This document shows positions 1 to 10,980 of a DNA stretch of 64,000 nt, piece by piece. Each line of letters begins with the position of its first letter. Position 1 is the stretch's first letter. The notes under the pieces are model-generated. The model saw only the letters and a program-made list of their open reading frames with translations, did no database searches and was not told the origin of the DNA. Source of the stretch: an uncultured Methanoregulaceae archaeon (GTDB lineage: Archaea; Halobacteriota; Methanomicrobia; Methanomicrobiales; Methanospirillaceae); contig OY969564.1 of assembly GCA_963701095.1 (NCBI GenBank), positions 1,600,001 through 1,664,000 of the forward strand, written 5' to 3'. Position numbers and translations under genes: made by a program.

Positions 1-324
1 TAGCCGTTCATATGCGGCTATAACGTCCTGTTGCTTCTTTGCAAAATCGGGATTAATGCCCATTTCCTGCCACCTGCTCCGTGGCATACCAATAGGGTTG
101 AGTACTGCCGGGACAACTGCTTTTGCGTTTAGACTGCTAAGCCAGTCAAGGCCATATTTACCGATCGTTTTATAGGAAGCCCCGCTAACTTGGGCACTTC
201 TGATTGGAACCAGTCGCTCTGCGCCAAAAACTTTTCCGAGCGCAACAAGCAGCTCGAGCATCTTCCGCCGGGTCTCGCCCTGCTCACCGGCAAGGATCTG
301 CTCGTCTTCCGGATCAAGCTCCAT
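1..324 (-). CDS. Aconitase X catalytic subunit (DUF521); probable phosphomevalonate dehydratase large subunit. 5' part only, runs off the window edge
   Basis: Not in the ORF track. Manual translation from ATG 324 gives MELDPEDEQILAGEQGETRRKMLELLVALGKVFGAERLVPIRSAQVSGASYKTIG..., a typical AcnX N-terminus. Lies directly downstream of UbiD. Confidence 0.85.
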   Translation of the reverse strand, partial: MELDPEDEQILAGEQGETRRKMLELLVALGKVFGAERLVPIRSAQVSGASYKTIGKYGLDWLSSLNAKAVVPAVLNPIGMPRSRWQEMGINPDFAKKQQDVIAAYERL

Positions 325-329
325 GCGGC

Positions 330-1567
330 TCACCACGTAGCACGCCGGAACTCATTCTCACGGCCCAGCACCAATGTCGCATCGATACCGATTTTCACGT
401 TGGTTCCATCATCTTTCTGGCAGGGATCAAGTGATGACCCACGGACACCGGTTATCACCATGACATCCAGATCCCCGCTCACTCTTGTGGCAATTGCATA
501 TTCTACCTCGGTGGGATCCGAAGGATCGATATCCTCATCAATTACAACCACATGCTTGAGCGAGGTATGAGCAGCAAATGCAGCCATGATTGCATTCTTT
601 CCATCACCCTGCGTGCTTTTCTTTATCTGGATCACTGCATGGAGATACCCACATCCCCCTTTAGTTAGTATTACATTTTTCACTTCGGTTACACCGGCTA
701 CAGCGCGATATATTTTAGGCTCGTAAGGACATCCCATGAGGATCTTGTGCTCGTCACCACCGGGAAGGATACTATGATAGATAAAATCCGGTTTGGTATA
801 CATACCAGTGAATTCAATCACCGGTTGTCTTCTGACCGGGTCATAGGTCCCTGTGATGTCGACAAAGGGACCTTCATCTGTCACTTCAGCGCCAATATAA
901 CCTTCAAGGACTATCTCCGCATCTGCAGGAACGCGAACGCCGTTGCTACATTCCTTTACCTTAAGTGATCCTCCCCTAAGTTCAGCTGCATAGGAGAGTT
1001 CTTTTCCGGCGGTACACGGGTACAGCTTGCAAATGTCACTGCCGGGTGCACACCTATAACCACTGCAACAGGAAGGCGTTCACCACAAGCAAGAGTCTTT
1101 TTTAGCATCACGTGGGTATGCCGTCCTTCTACGAGCCTGGCTACAACACGGTGATCGTCAAGAACCAGCATACGATGAATGGATGCATTCTCAACCTCAC
1201 CCCATTTAGAGAAGACAATACCAGCGGTGAAATAGTTACCGGCATCCTTGGGGAAAAAATGCATGACCGGTATTTTGGAAAGGTCCGGCTTTTTCATTGC
1301 AAATTTTCCGTCGTCGACAATATTTCCTTCAAATGTCGCATCGGCGAGTTTTTGCACCATTTCTTTTTCGTTCAAGCCAAGAGAACATGCAAGCACATTC
1401 CGGCTCGCGGTCAGATTCATGACTGCACGTGATCCCCCAAGGTTATGGAAGAACAGGATTTTATCTGTGCCGGCCGCCATCTTTGCTGCCTCAATATCAG
1501 GAGAGATGGGCTCTGTGACATCGATAACGAGTCCCTCTTTCCGCATCTTTTCGATGAATTCACGCAT
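330..1567 (-). CDS. UbiD-family prFMN-dependent decarboxylase (probable anhydromevalonate phosphate decarboxylase); one-base frameshift near 1010
   Basis: N-half [12 protein letters not shown]...NASIHRM (tail of ORF 956..2206) joins C-half [20 protein letters not shown]...GIDAT (ORF 330..884) if one base is added near 1010. Confidence 0.88.
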
Positions 1568-2113
1568 GATAACCAGTCCAGCGATCTGAAAGTGAATGGG
1601 AGACGCCAAGATGATCAAGCACTCGGGCAACGACCATATCCACAAGATCATCGATTTTTTCGGGATTGTTGTAGAACCCCGGCAGGCCGGCATGATTGTC
1701 GCACCGGCTTCATGTGCACCAAGCATATTTTTTAAGTGGATTTGCGAAAGCGGCATCTCGCGGGTGACAAGGATGCATTTCCGGCGTTCCTTTAAGCAGA
1801 CATCAGCGGTTCGTGTAATAAGATTGTCCGCATAGCCGGAAGCGATCGCTGAAAGGGTTTTTGCGCTGCAGGGGATAATTACCATCCCGTCATGTTTGTG
1901 TGACCCGCTGGCAATCTCTGCACTGATCGCATTGATATCATGATAGGTTGCACCAAACCCCGAAAGGTCAACTTTCTCATGCTGGGCAAGCTCCTTTGCG
2001 ATATCAGATATGATGAGATGCACATTGGCATCCTGACACAGAATTTCGAGCAGGCGCCGGGCATAACAGATCCCGCTTGCGCCGGTTACTCCGATTACGT
2101 ATTCCTTTTTCAT
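1560..2113 (-). CDS. ubiX: UbiX flavin prenyltransferase; one-base frameshift near 1680
   Basis: Motifs [38 protein letters not shown]. Restoring one C gives PACPGFYNNP...[12 protein letters not shown], stop at 1560. Confidence 0.9.
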
Positions 2114-2210
2114 CTTCGCCTCCGCGCATTCCTGTGATACCAATGTCGGAGCCTCAAGGTAAAAAGCATTTATACAAAAAACAGTGAAAAAATGCTTAAG
2201 AACCAAGGAG

Positions 2211-2663
2211 TTATTTCCGTACAGGAGAGAAAAAACGGTATCTTACCTGAGACTCTTCTACCCGGCGTGCATGAATGGGGTTGAGATCCCGGCGTGCTTC
2301 GATGACGAGAGTGTTGAGGATATTGTGGAGTCTGAGTGTGTCAAAATCCTTGTCCTTGTGTTCGTTGAGGAAATCCAAGAGATCACTGACGCTCTTGAGG
2401 ACACCTGAACTTCCGACGAGGTTGAGTCGGTTGAGGGTAAGTGCCAGGTTCTTTTTTGCTATATCCATTTTGTAGCTGTCCCCGTGTGCGAGGTTAATTT
2501 CAGTGACTGCATTGAGCATATCCGTATATGCTCTCAGTTTATAGCTGCTCTCCTGCATCCTGCGTTCAGCAGAGCGAAGCCTGATGAAGGTGATCGCAAG
2601 AACAACAATAACGATGACGACACCGCATGTAATAACCAATAAATCGCCGGTAATATCAGCCAT
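2211..2663 (-). CDS. Hypothetical protein with N-terminal transmembrane helix
   Basis: 150-aa ORF with hydrophobic N-terminus, co-oriented and tightly packed with its neighbour. Confidence 0.7.
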   Translation of the reverse strand: MADITGDLLVITCGVVIVIVVLAITFIRLRSAERRMQESSYKLRAYTDMLNAVTEINLAHGDSYKMDIAKKNLALTLNRLNLVGSSGVLKSVSDLLDFLNEHKDKDFDTLRLHNILNTLVIEARRDLNPIHARRVEESQVRYRFFSPVRK

Positions 2664-2674
2664 ATTATTTCACC

Positions 2675-3157
2675 TTAAGGAAGTCGCTTTGCCACATCCA
2701 GTTTTACGAGGACAAGATTCCCGGTCATGTCTATCTGATAGGAACCCGTCGTATACATGGGATATTGTTGGAATGTATCATTAAGATATGTCCAGGAAAA
2801 GGTCTGGTTTGCATGGGTATCGAGATTTGTAATCTTCATTTCAAACCAGCAGTCCTGTATATTGTAACTAAGAGGGGTAATATTGAATTCGATGGCCCAT
2901 GAAGGGTCTGCAATCCGGATCTGTTCAGTGACACGATCGCTTTGGTTTACAAAAGAATAAGAGTTCTGAAGATACTGATTCCCGAGGGAAAGGATCGGCG
3001 GGGTTACAGTCAGCGCCTCATTCGGTGCAGTTGCCAAGGGTACGGGGGTTTGGTTGATCGTGATTACTTCGCTAGCCGGACTGCTACCTTGAATGCATCC
3101 CGTACATAAAACCCCAAGAATAAGCAGGAGTGCACAGGCAAAGAGGATGTAATTCAT
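2675..3157 (-). CDS. Hypothetical secreted lipoprotein
   Basis: Signal peptide ending in a lipobox-like LCTGC, followed by a T/P-rich linker. Confidence 0.7.
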   Translation of the reverse strand: MNYILFACALLLILGVLCTGCIQGSSPASEVITINQTPVPLATAPNEALTVTPPILSLGNQYLQNSYSFVNQSDRVTEQIRIADPSWAIEFNITPLSYNIQDCWFEMKITNLDTHANQTFSWTYLNDTFQQYPMYTTGSYQIDMTGNLVLVKLDVAKRLP

Positions 3158-3248
3158 TATAGATAGTATTGCAAAAAACCACTATTTGAGCTTATTATTT
3201 TAGTACGGGACTTCATGGGTAGTTCTCCTAACTCCGAAAGACGAATAA

Positions 3249-4454
3249 TCAGAAAAGCGTATCCTGCCGAGTCGGCTTTTTGATGTGAAGTATCTCAGCT
3301 GCGGCATCGGCAACAACCTCGCGATACTTCGGGAGCGTATACACACCAAGCCGCCACTGTTCTTGTCGAGTCTGGTTGAGTGTCTGCAATCTGGGAGAAA
3401 TTTCGGAAAAACCTACGAGTGTGTGCCGATTTTTCACTTGAACCTCAAGCGACATGTTACCAGGGATAGGGGGAATATCAACGAGAACTTCTGCCGCTTG
3501 ACACCCAGCCATTTCGGCAATTTCACCGGCAATCTTTCTCGCTCGTTCAATCGACCACCCGGTCTGGAATGCTGCCACATTGACCTGATCTTGTCCGGCG
3601 TACACTGCGCGTTTATAGAGCTGCCTGCTGTAAAGCCGGCCGGCCATCTCGCGTGCGTGGGGGCTTTTTGAATTTTTAAGTTCATGCATGCATTCTCCGT
3701 CATCGCACGTAGAAATGCGCTCAAACCCGCCGGCCGGTTCCGTTGACAAGTGATCGAGTACCGAAAGCTGGAACATGCACTCACCTATCCGGCTTACATG
3801 GTGATAATAGACTGAAGGCCGCATTAGTGTCCTCGCGATAAGCAACGATTCTGCTGCATTAATGCCGTTCTCATCAAGCACAACGCCTTCCGCAGTCATG
3901 TGAATATTCCGGATGAGGCGATGTGCATCCACGGTTCCATACGGGGCACCTGTATAATATGCATCCCGGAGCAGGTAGTCCATCCGGTCAACATCAAGAT
4001 CACCGTGGATTATTCCCGAGAGAGGGTGACTGCCCTTGACCACCGCGCACACATCAGAAGGGCTTATTCCCAATGGCTCAAGTAACGTCCCGAATTGTGC
4101 TTCAACAATCCCGGCAATATCATCGTGGATCCGGCCAAAGTATGCCTCAATGAGTGGCTCACTTGCGTGTGAGAATGGCCCGTGTCCTATGTCATGGATA
4201 AGAGCGGCAATAAGCACAAGCCTGCAGTCTTCTTTTGAGAGACCGAATTGCCTGCATGCAATTCCAGCCAAATGCATTGTTCCCACAGAATGCTCAAAAC
4301 GTGTATGGTTAGCTCCAGGATACACCAAATACGAAAAACCCAGCTGCCGGATATAGCGTAAACGCTGCATCGCCGGTGAATCAAGAAGCGGCAGGATTTC
4401 TTCATCTACTTCTACATAGCCATGGACAGGATCCTTGATGATCTTGGGATTCAC
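3249..4454 (-). CDS. HD-domain phosphohydrolase (SAMHD1/dNTP triphosphohydrolase-like)
   Basis: Motifs IKDPVHG, QRLRYIRQLG, HTRFEHSVG, HDIGHGPFSH, DVDRMDYLLRD. Confidence 0.9.
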   Translation of the reverse strand: MNPKIIKDPVHGYVEVDEEILPLLDSPAMQRLRYIRQLGFSYLVYPGANHTRFEHSVGTMHLAGIACRQFGLSKEDCRLVLIAALIHDIGHGPFSHASEPLIEAYFGRIHDDIAGIVEAQFGTLLEPLGISPSDVCAVVKGSHPLSGIIHGDLDVDRMDYLLRDAYYTGAPYGTVDAHRLIRNIHMTAEGVVLDENGINAAESLLIARTLMRPSVYYHHVSRIGECMFQLSVLDHLSTEPAGGFERISTCDDGECMHELKNSKSPHAREMAGRLYSRQLYKRAVYAGQDQVNVAAFQTGWSIERARKIAGEIAEMAGCQAAEVLVDIPPIPGNMSLEVQVKNRHTLVGFSEISPRLQTLNQTRQEQWRLGVYTLPKYREVVADAAAEILHIKKPTRQDTLF

Positions 4455-4493
4455 TAAAGAATTTTCATATACATCGCATAAAAGTATTGAGTA

Positions 4494-5396
4494 ATGATTA
4501 CGTTCCTATCTGGTGGGACAGGCACCCCTAAGCTCTTAAGGGGGGTGCAAAAAGTAATGGACCGGCATGAAATATCAGTAGTAGTAAACACTGCCGAGGA
4601 TATTTGGATCTCCGGCAACCATATTTCGCCGGATGTTGATACGGTTATGTATCTCTTTGCAGGTGTCCTCAACACCGACACATGGTGGGGGATTAGGAAT
4701 GACACGTTCACAACTCACGATGAAATCATCAATATGGGTCACGGAGAGTTTATTGCGATCGGCGACCGGGACAGGGCTGTCCATATTGCCAGGGGAAACA
4801 TGCTCCGTGAAGGAATGAGACTCACAAATGTCACTCGTACCCTTTGTGATCGTTTCGGTGTCAGGGAAAACGTCCTGCCAATGTCTGACACCGATGTCAC
4901 GACTAGGGTAAAAACGGAATTGGGCCTGATCCACTATCAGGAGTACTGGATCCGGTCCAAAGGTCAGATCCGGATCGAGAAAGTCGTACGCTGTTCAAAG
5001 ACCCCCCCTGAAAGTTCTGAAGAGGTGATCCAAGCCGTTGAGGCAAGCGATGTTGTCGTTATAGGTCCGTCAAACCCTATCACAAGTATCACACCCATTC
5101 TCGAATGTGGTGGCCTCAAAGACGCCCTTATGGAAAAATTTGTAATTGCAATAAGCCCGTTTATTGGGAATGCACCGGTGAGCGGCCCGGCAGCTGCTCT
5201 TATGGAGGCTTCTGGTTTTGAACCGACTTCGGCAGGCACTGCAAAGTGCTATCAAGATCTCGTTGATCTTTTTGTTCAGGATATCAGGGATCCTGTCGAA
5301 GTAAAAGATTCGATCCGCCTCGATACACTGATGACCGGGGAAGAGAAAAGTATAGAACTGGCAAAAAATGTTTTGTCCCTTGCGAAACGGACATGA
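4494..5396 (+). CDS. cofD: 2-phospho-L-lactate transferase (F420 biosynthesis)
   Basis: Motifs [42 protein letters not shown]. Confidence 0.95.
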   Translation: MITFLSGGTGTPKLLRGVQKVMDRHEISVVVNTAEDIWISGNHISPDVDTVMYLFAGVLNTDTWWGIRNDTFTTHDEIINMGHGEFIAIGDRDRAVHIARGNMLREGMRLTNVTRTLCDRFGVRENVLPMSDTDVTTRVKTELGLIHYQEYWIRSKGQIRIEKVVRCSKTPPESSEEVIQAVEASDVVVIGPSNPITSITPILECGGLKDALMEKFVIAISPFIGNAPVSGPAAALMEASGFEPTSAGTAKCYQDLVDLFVQDIRDPVEVKDSIRLDTLMTGEEKSIELAKNVLSLAKRT

Positions 5397-5507
5397 AACT
5401 CTCATTTTTAGTAATGGCATGCAGATTCCTGTTATTCTGACCTGAAACCATTGCACAAGTATTTTAATTCATAATTATGATAACCTCATCAGTATAAGGG
5501 AAATGGA

Positions 5508-6443
5508 ATGAAACGGCTTCTCATAATTTTAACTTTAATTATCTGTGTCCTAATCACCGGATGCACATCGACACAGCCAGCGGGAAAAAATACTCTCCAG
5601 TTTTCAAGCACTCCTGAAGGCGCCCAGATATATCTCGACAACCAATATGAGGGTACCACGCCCAGCACTCTTTCCGGAGTACTAGCCGGGGCACATACCA
5701 TTGAGTTCCGTAATTCCGGCTACCAAAATGCATTCAATAATATTTCGGTCACATCAGCGACGGCAACCTATTATGTTTCTGCTGTCCTGATTCCGCTTAC
5801 TTCCCAGAATCTCCAACCAACAATAGTGCCGGTAGTGACTACCGCACAGGAACAAGAAACCACCAACGGACCGTTACCTACCATTACTATCCAGCAGAGC
5901 CAGACAATTATGACTGTCGGCAGCTTACAAACATTTTCCGGTACCTGTTTGGGAAGTGGCTCTGTAATACTCATGCTGTACGGTCCAGGCACCTACATAA
6001 ATGGTGTGGAGATAGCCCAGGTACCTGTCAGCGCGACTAATTCATGGAGTTATACGTGGAACCCCGGGAATTCTGTGATTTCCGGGTCATATTCCATAGT
6101 TGCATATTCCTCGCAAAAAATAACATCAGCTACTGCTGCATTCTCTATCGTTGGCGGCGGTCAGGTTTCTATAATAGCAACCCCACCCACAACGTATGCA
6201 GGAAGAACGGTAACATTTTCCGGACTATGTACAACAGGAGCGACAAGCGTTAGTCTTACTTTATATCCGCCTCATCAAATTCCTGAGTTTGTCGCAACCC
6301 TGCCCCTGAACACAAATAATGGCTGGTCGTATCAGTATCAGTTTGCCTTATCAAGACCCTCAGGAACCTACACTATGGTCGTGACCGATGCGCAAAATAC
6401 AGCATCAAGTTCAGTAATAATCACGTTAAACAATGGTAGTTAA
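5508..6443 (+). CDS. Secreted lipoprotein with a PEGA domain and two Ig-like repeats
   Basis: Lipobox ITGC; PEGA signature SSTPEGAQIYLD..GTTP; two repeats TFSG.C..G..SV.L.LY...WSY. Confidence 0.8.
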   Translation: MKRLLIILTLIICVLITGCTSTQPAGKNTLQFSSTPEGAQIYLDNQYEGTTPSTLSGVLAGAHTIEFRNSGYQNAFNNISVTSATATYYVSAVLIPLTSQNLQPTIVPVVTTAQEQETTNGPLPTITIQQSQTIMTVGSLQTFSGTCLGSGSVILMLYGPGTYINGVEIAQVPVSATNSWSYTWNPGNSVISGSYSIVAYSSQKITSATAAFSIVGGGQVSIIATPPTTYAGRTVTFSGLCTTGATSVSLTLYPPHQIPEFVATLPLNTNNGWSYQYQFALSRPSGTYTMVVTDAQNTASSSVIITLNNGS

Positions 6444-6620
6444 GTCGATCACGGAAAAACTGATAAATCATCTGTTTTTTTTAGAGAGAAAAAATTACAA
6501 TAATTCGATAAAGCAAAACCGGGCCGTTTATTTTACGGATTTCGAGTTCCGGCAGCATCGCGGGCATCCGATACCTATTTGAATGATTTTATACAAACAA
6601 TGAACCTATGGAGAAAATCC

Positions 6621-7808
6621 ATGGCGATCATAAAAAAAATTCTCAACATATTTAAGTCCGGGAATCGCGAGGAAGAGGAGGCCCGGCTGCGCACCCAGCG
6701 GGAACGCTATGAAAACTTTCTTCGGGCACTGACAAGCGGCGATCTTGATACACGCTGGAATGCCGTAAGATCCGTTGGGGATCTTGGCGAGCCTTTTATT
6801 GAGCCGCTCATTAACGGCCTAAAAGACGAGTTCTGGATCATCCGGCGAGGCTCTGCCGACACTTTGGGAAAAATCGGTGCCCCTGCAGTAGTTCCACTAA
6901 TTGGCGCACTCTCAGAGACAGGTGAAGATGTCCGGCAGGAAACTATCCGGGCACTCCAACTCGTTGGTGATCCCGCAATCAACCCCCTTATCCAATCCCT
7001 CAAGCATAACCACCCGTCAATACGCCGAGGAGCTGCACAAGCTCTTGGAATTATAGGTGAGGTTCGCGCAGTTCCAAACCTGGTTGAAGCTCTTAAGGAT
7101 GCAGATCCGTGGGTCCGCCATGAGGCTGCCGTAGCATTTGGCAGGATTGGCGATCAGCGTGCAGTAGTTCCACTGATAGAGAGCCTTAACGATCCTGTGG
7201 AACATGTTCGGATGGCAGCTATGGCAACACTTTGCTCTCTGGGCCAGCCCTCGATCGCGCCTCTTATACAATCTCTTGTCGATAAAAATGAGGATGTTTC
7301 CCGCCGTGCAGCACTTGCGTTAACTACTATCGGCGAACAGTCGGTTGAGCCACTGATTGCCGCCCTTTCAAACCAGAATCCGGGCATCCGCAAAGAAGCA
7401 GCATCCGTTCTTGGCCAGATTGGAAATACAATTGCTATACCCGCTCTCATTGAAACACTCGCAGATCCCGACCGGGCCGTAAGAATAGACGTTGTCAAGG
7501 CACTGGCGGCACTCGGTGTTCCAGCTATAGCCCCGCTTATGCAGGTCTTCCGTGAGGGCGATGTGCGTACAAGAACTGGTGCAATGGAGGCGCTGTGGAT
7601 GCTTGGCCAGCCAGCAACAACCCCGCTTATTATGGTCCTCAAAGATGACCAGAGTGATGTACGGAAACGCGCCGCTCTTCTCCTTGGTGAGATTGGTGAC
7701 CAGAAAGCAGCGGATCATCTTTCCGGCCTCTTATCCGATGAGAACGTCTCCGTGAGAAGGGAAGCCTTCGAAGCGCTCGAAATGATTAAGAAACGGACCC
7801 CCCAGTAA
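6621..7808 (+). CDS. HEAT/PBS-lyase repeat protein
   Basis: Many repeats of LI.ALKD....VR..AA.ALG.IG; start placed at MAIIKK. Confidence 0.9.
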   Translation: MAIIKKILNIFKSGNREEEEARLRTQRERYENFLRALTSGDLDTRWNAVRSVGDLGEPFIEPLINGLKDEFWIIRRGSADTLGKIGAPAVVPLIGALSETGEDVRQETIRALQLVGDPAINPLIQSLKHNHPSIRRGAAQALGIIGEVRAVPNLVEALKDADPWVRHEAAVAFGRIGDQRAVVPLIESLNDPVEHVRMAAMATLCSLGQPSIAPLIQSLVDKNEDVSRRAALALTTIGEQSVEPLIAALSNQNPGIRKEAASVLGQIGNTIAIPALIETLADPDRAVRIDVVKALAALGVPAIAPLMQVFREGDVRTRTGAMEALWMLGQPATTPLIMVLKDDQSDVRKRAALLLGEIGDQKAADHLSGLLSDENVSVRREAFEALEMIKKRTPQ

Positions 7809-8004
7809 CCACTTATATTTCTTTTTTAGTACAGTTGAATCTCCTTACCAGTATTGCGTGGGAATCAAATTCTTTGTTCATACTCATTTCATGGGATACG
7901 AACAAAATAATGTCAGAAAACCAAATCTGATCATTTTGAGGGAATGAAAATCAAAAGAAAACAAGTAAAATATACAAAAATCCACGTATTGAGTAAGGCA
8001 TAAG

Positions 8005-8670
8005 ATGGGTTCAGAAGAAGAAATATTGGATAATACCTTGATCTCGAAGGGCCGGCTTGAGGCACTGGTCGATGGCGTATTTGCTTTTGCTATGACCCTC
8101 CTTGTAGTAAGCTTAAACGTACCAACTATCCCCAAAGCGGAGGCTGCAATCGAATTGCCAGCATATCTGGCCATGATGTTTCCGCAGTTTCTCAGTTTCC
8201 TTATCGCATTTTTTATTTTAGCAAGTCTCTGGATCGTCCACCACGAACATTTCCATTTCCTCAGTTCTGTCGACAAGATCGTTCTCTGGCTCAACGTTTT
8301 GATCCTTATCTTTGTGGTACTTGTCCCATTTTCCACCAACCTATCCGGGGCTTATTCGCATGTACCAATCGCTCCTCTTATCTTTCATGCAAATATGCTG
8401 ATCCTCAGTTGTCTGTTCTTAGTCCAGTGGCAGTACATCATCCACCGACCGACACTTCTCACCGGGCCAATTCACCCCGATCGTGTTATGGATGCTTTCA
8501 TGGATCGAGTTCCTATCATCTTTGCCGCTGTCACCGGAATGGCGCTGGTCATTTTTAATGCACCGTTCTCCTCTATGTACATGTATATGATCTTCCCTCT
8601 CCTGATGAGGATTCTGATGTGGCAGATACGCTCCAAACGTACCATAAAAAATATCCAGTCTGCTTCATAA
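8005..8670 (+). CDS. TMEM175-family (DUF1211) potassium channel-like protein
   Basis: GRLEALVDGVFAFAMTLLV and W..HH motifs; about six hydrophobic helices. Confidence 0.85.
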   Translation: MGSEEEILDNTLISKGRLEALVDGVFAFAMTLLVVSLNVPTIPKAEAAIELPAYLAMMFPQFLSFLIAFFILASLWIVHHEHFHFLSSVDKIVLWLNVLILIFVVLVPFSTNLSGAYSHVPIAPLIFHANMLILSCLFLVQWQYIIHRPTLLTGPIHPDRVMDAFMDRVPIIFAAVTGMALVIFNAPFSSMYMYMIFPLLMRILMWQIRSKRTIKNIQSAS

Positions 8671-8775
8671 GACACTTCAATTTTTTTAGAATATTTTTCT
8701 TGCCCGGCCTCAAATTTCGAATTTTTTGAAAGATTTGACTTAAGGAAACAGGAATCTCTTTCAGAACAGCGTTTT

Positions 8776-9768
8776 CTAGGAATGGTTTAATTTAAGATGT
8801 GCAAGGGCCGCAGAAGTTGTCTCTCTTCCCTGCGAAGTGCGTTTCACAAACCCGATCTGAATTAGGTAAGGTTCATAGACCTCCTCTATTGTCCTGACCT
8901 CTTCCCCGACTGAGATCGCTATCGTTTTTACGCCTACAGGACCACCACCAAAATTATCTGCAATAACCGATAAGATCCGGCGGTCGATATCGTCAAGACC
9001 GAGGTCATCGATCTGGAATAATGAAAGCCCATCGTTTGCAATCTCTTTCGTGATCGTCCCATCACCTTTAACAACCGCATAATCCCGCACCCGGCGGAGG
9101 AGACGGTTGCCAATTCTCGGTGTTCCCCGGCTACGGGCTGCGATCACTGTTGCACCTTCCTGAGTGATAGGAATCCTGAGGATTGCGGCACTTCGTTTTA
9201 CGATCTCAACGAGATCCTCAGAGGAATACAGATTCAGGCGCACGATAATCCCAAATCTGTCCCGGAACGGCGAACTCAGAAGACCCTGACGGGTTGTCGC
9301 TCCTATAAGGGTGAAGTGTTCAAGGGTCAGTTTTATCGATCGGGCGCTCGGCCCTTCACCAATCATCACATCAATAAAAAAATCCTCCATTGCAGGGTAA
9401 AGGATCTCTTCGACGACAGGGTTCATGCGGTGTATCTCATCGATGAAAAGCACATCGCCTCTCTGGAGTGCAGTAACAAGCGCTGCAATATCCCCTGGTT
9501 TTTCAAGCACCGGACCTGTCGTGGTTCGTATTGCTGCTCCCATCTCTCGTGCAATGATGTGTGCGAGCGTGGTCTTTCCAAGTCCGGGAGGTCCGGCAAA
9601 CAAGATATGATCGATAGGCTCGCCTCGCTGCTGGGCCGCTCTAATTGCAATCATCAACGCATTTTTTGCCGGTATCTGTCCCACGAAGGCATCGAGGGTT
9701 GCCGGTCGTAATGTGATCTCGTCAGCATCGTCCGTGACGGGGTCCGGGGATATGATCCTTTCGCTCAC
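8776..9768 (-). CDS. ruvB: Holliday junction branch migration helicase RuvB
   Basis: [36 protein letters not shown]. Confidence 0.97.
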   Translation of the reverse strand: MSERIISPDPVTDDADEITLRPATLDAFVGQIPAKNALMIAIRAAQQRGEPIDHILFAGPPGLGKTTLAHIIAREMGAAIRTTTGPVLEKPGDIAALVTALQRGDVLFIDEIHRMNPVVEEILYPAMEDFFIDVMIGEGPSARSIKLTLEHFTLIGATTRQGLLSSPFRDRFGIIVRLNLYSSEDLVEIVKRSAAILRIPITQEGATVIAARSRGTPRIGNRLLRRVRDYAVVKGDGTITKEIANDGLSLFQIDDLGLDDIDRRILSVIADNFGGGPVGVKTIAISVGEEVRTIEEVYEPYLIQIGFVKRTSQGRETTSAALAHLKLNHS

Positions 9769-10370
9769 CTCTTTTCAGCCTCCTTGAGCAGTTTAAGTGC
9801 CGTTTTGATAACATCCTGTACTGAGGGGGACACTTTTCCTTTTGCTGCTGCTTTTACCGCATCATACGCTGCATTCTCAGAAAACCCAAGTGAGACAAGG
9901 GCACTTGCTGCATCCCGGGTGACTGATTCCGGTTTTCCTACCATGAGAGGGGTCATAGTGCTCTGGACTTTTTTTATCTTATCCCTAAGTTCGAGAATAA
10001 GCCTTTGTGCGCTCTTTGAACCTATGCCAGATATTCTTACCAGACTTTTTTCATCACCGGAAAGGATGGCGATAACGAAATCTTCCAAGGATATCTGAGA
10101 CAGAATGTTAAGGGCTATTTGCGGTCCAATACCTGAGACCCCGATAAGAACCGTAAATAACTCGAGCTCACTCTCGTAGACAAAACCGTAGAGAGTAATC
10201 GCATCCTCGCGAACTGCCATATAGGTGTAAAGTTTTACGTTCCCGGAATTTTGGGTTAATTCGCGTGTAACGGGTTCTGGAACGTGTACTCGGTAGCCGA
10301 TACCGTTTACATCGAGAACCACCCACCGGTCGCCAGTCGCGGCCAGAGTTCCGTTCAGATACGCGATCAT
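9765..10370 (-). CDS. ruvA: Holliday junction binding protein RuvA
   Basis: [24 protein letters not shown] HhH, ALVSLGF C-terminal domain. Confidence 0.96.
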   Translation of the reverse strand: MIAYLNGTLAATGDRWVVLDVNGIGYRVHVPEPVTRELTQNSGNVKLYTYMAVREDAITLYGFVYESELELFTVLIGVSGIGPQIALNILSQISLEDFVIAILSGDEKSLVRISGIGSKSAQRLILELRDKIKKVQSTMTPLMVGKPESVTRDAASALVSLGFSENAAYDAVKAAAKGKVSPSVQDVIKTALKLLKEAEKR

Positions 10371-10374
10371 AATA

Positions 10375-10845
10375 CTATCTCATGACGTGGCTATGACATA
10401 AGGCAATCGAAAGGGCGTCCGCAACATCGTCCGGTTGTGGCACTTCATCAAGATGGAGAAGCCGGGTGATCATCTGTTGGACCTGATTTTTATCCGCCCG
10501 ACCAGATCCTGTAACTGCCTGCTTGACTTGGTTGGGAGTATATTCAGTTACCGGGATCTGATGTTGCTCAGCAGCAAGGAGAACAACCCCTCGTACCTCG
10601 CTGACTCCCATCGCAGAAGTAATATTTTTTGAGAAAAAGAGTTTCTCCATCGCAAGTTCTTCCGGGGGATACCGATCGAAAAGGGAGGAGATTCCGTTGT
10701 AGATTTCCAACAGGCGCTCTGCCGGCCTGATCCCTGCAAGCGTTTCCATACAACCATAACAGACCGGTGCTGTAATATCCCGATCCACCCTGATAACGCC
10801 ATAACCCAGCCGAGCAAGGCCAGGATCGATTCCTATTATTATCAT
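10375..10845 (-). CDS. ruvC: Crossover junction endodeoxyribonuclease RuvC
   Basis: IGIDPG, EKLFFSKN, EYTPNQVKQAVTGSGRADK, DDVADALSIA. Confidence 0.96.
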   Translation of the reverse strand: MIIIGIDPGLARLGYGVIRVDRDITAPVCYGCMETLAGIRPAERLLEIYNGISSLFDRYPPEELAMEKLFFSKNITSAMGVSEVRGVVLLAAEQHQIPVTEYTPNQVKQAVTGSGRADKNQVQQMITRLLHLDEVPQPDDVADALSIALCHSHVMR

Positions 10846-10980
10846 GGATTGTACAGACTCCCGAACCTACCTAGTAATTACGATCCGAGTCCATAAAATC
10901 CTCTGTTTTGCGGGAATACATAATGACAGAAGGATAAATTCTATTTAGAGGAGATGATAATAGTTGGATAGTGATTGTTT

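Noticed and set aside
956..2206. Apparent 416-aa UbiX-UbiD fusion in the ORF track
   Set aside because: It is produced by a one-base deletion near 1680. The real UbiX tail continues in another frame to its own stop at 1560, and UbiD has its own ATG at 1567.
6621..7808. Repeat structure as a DNA repeat array
   Set aside because: The periodicity is at protein level (HEAT repeats) with diverged codons.
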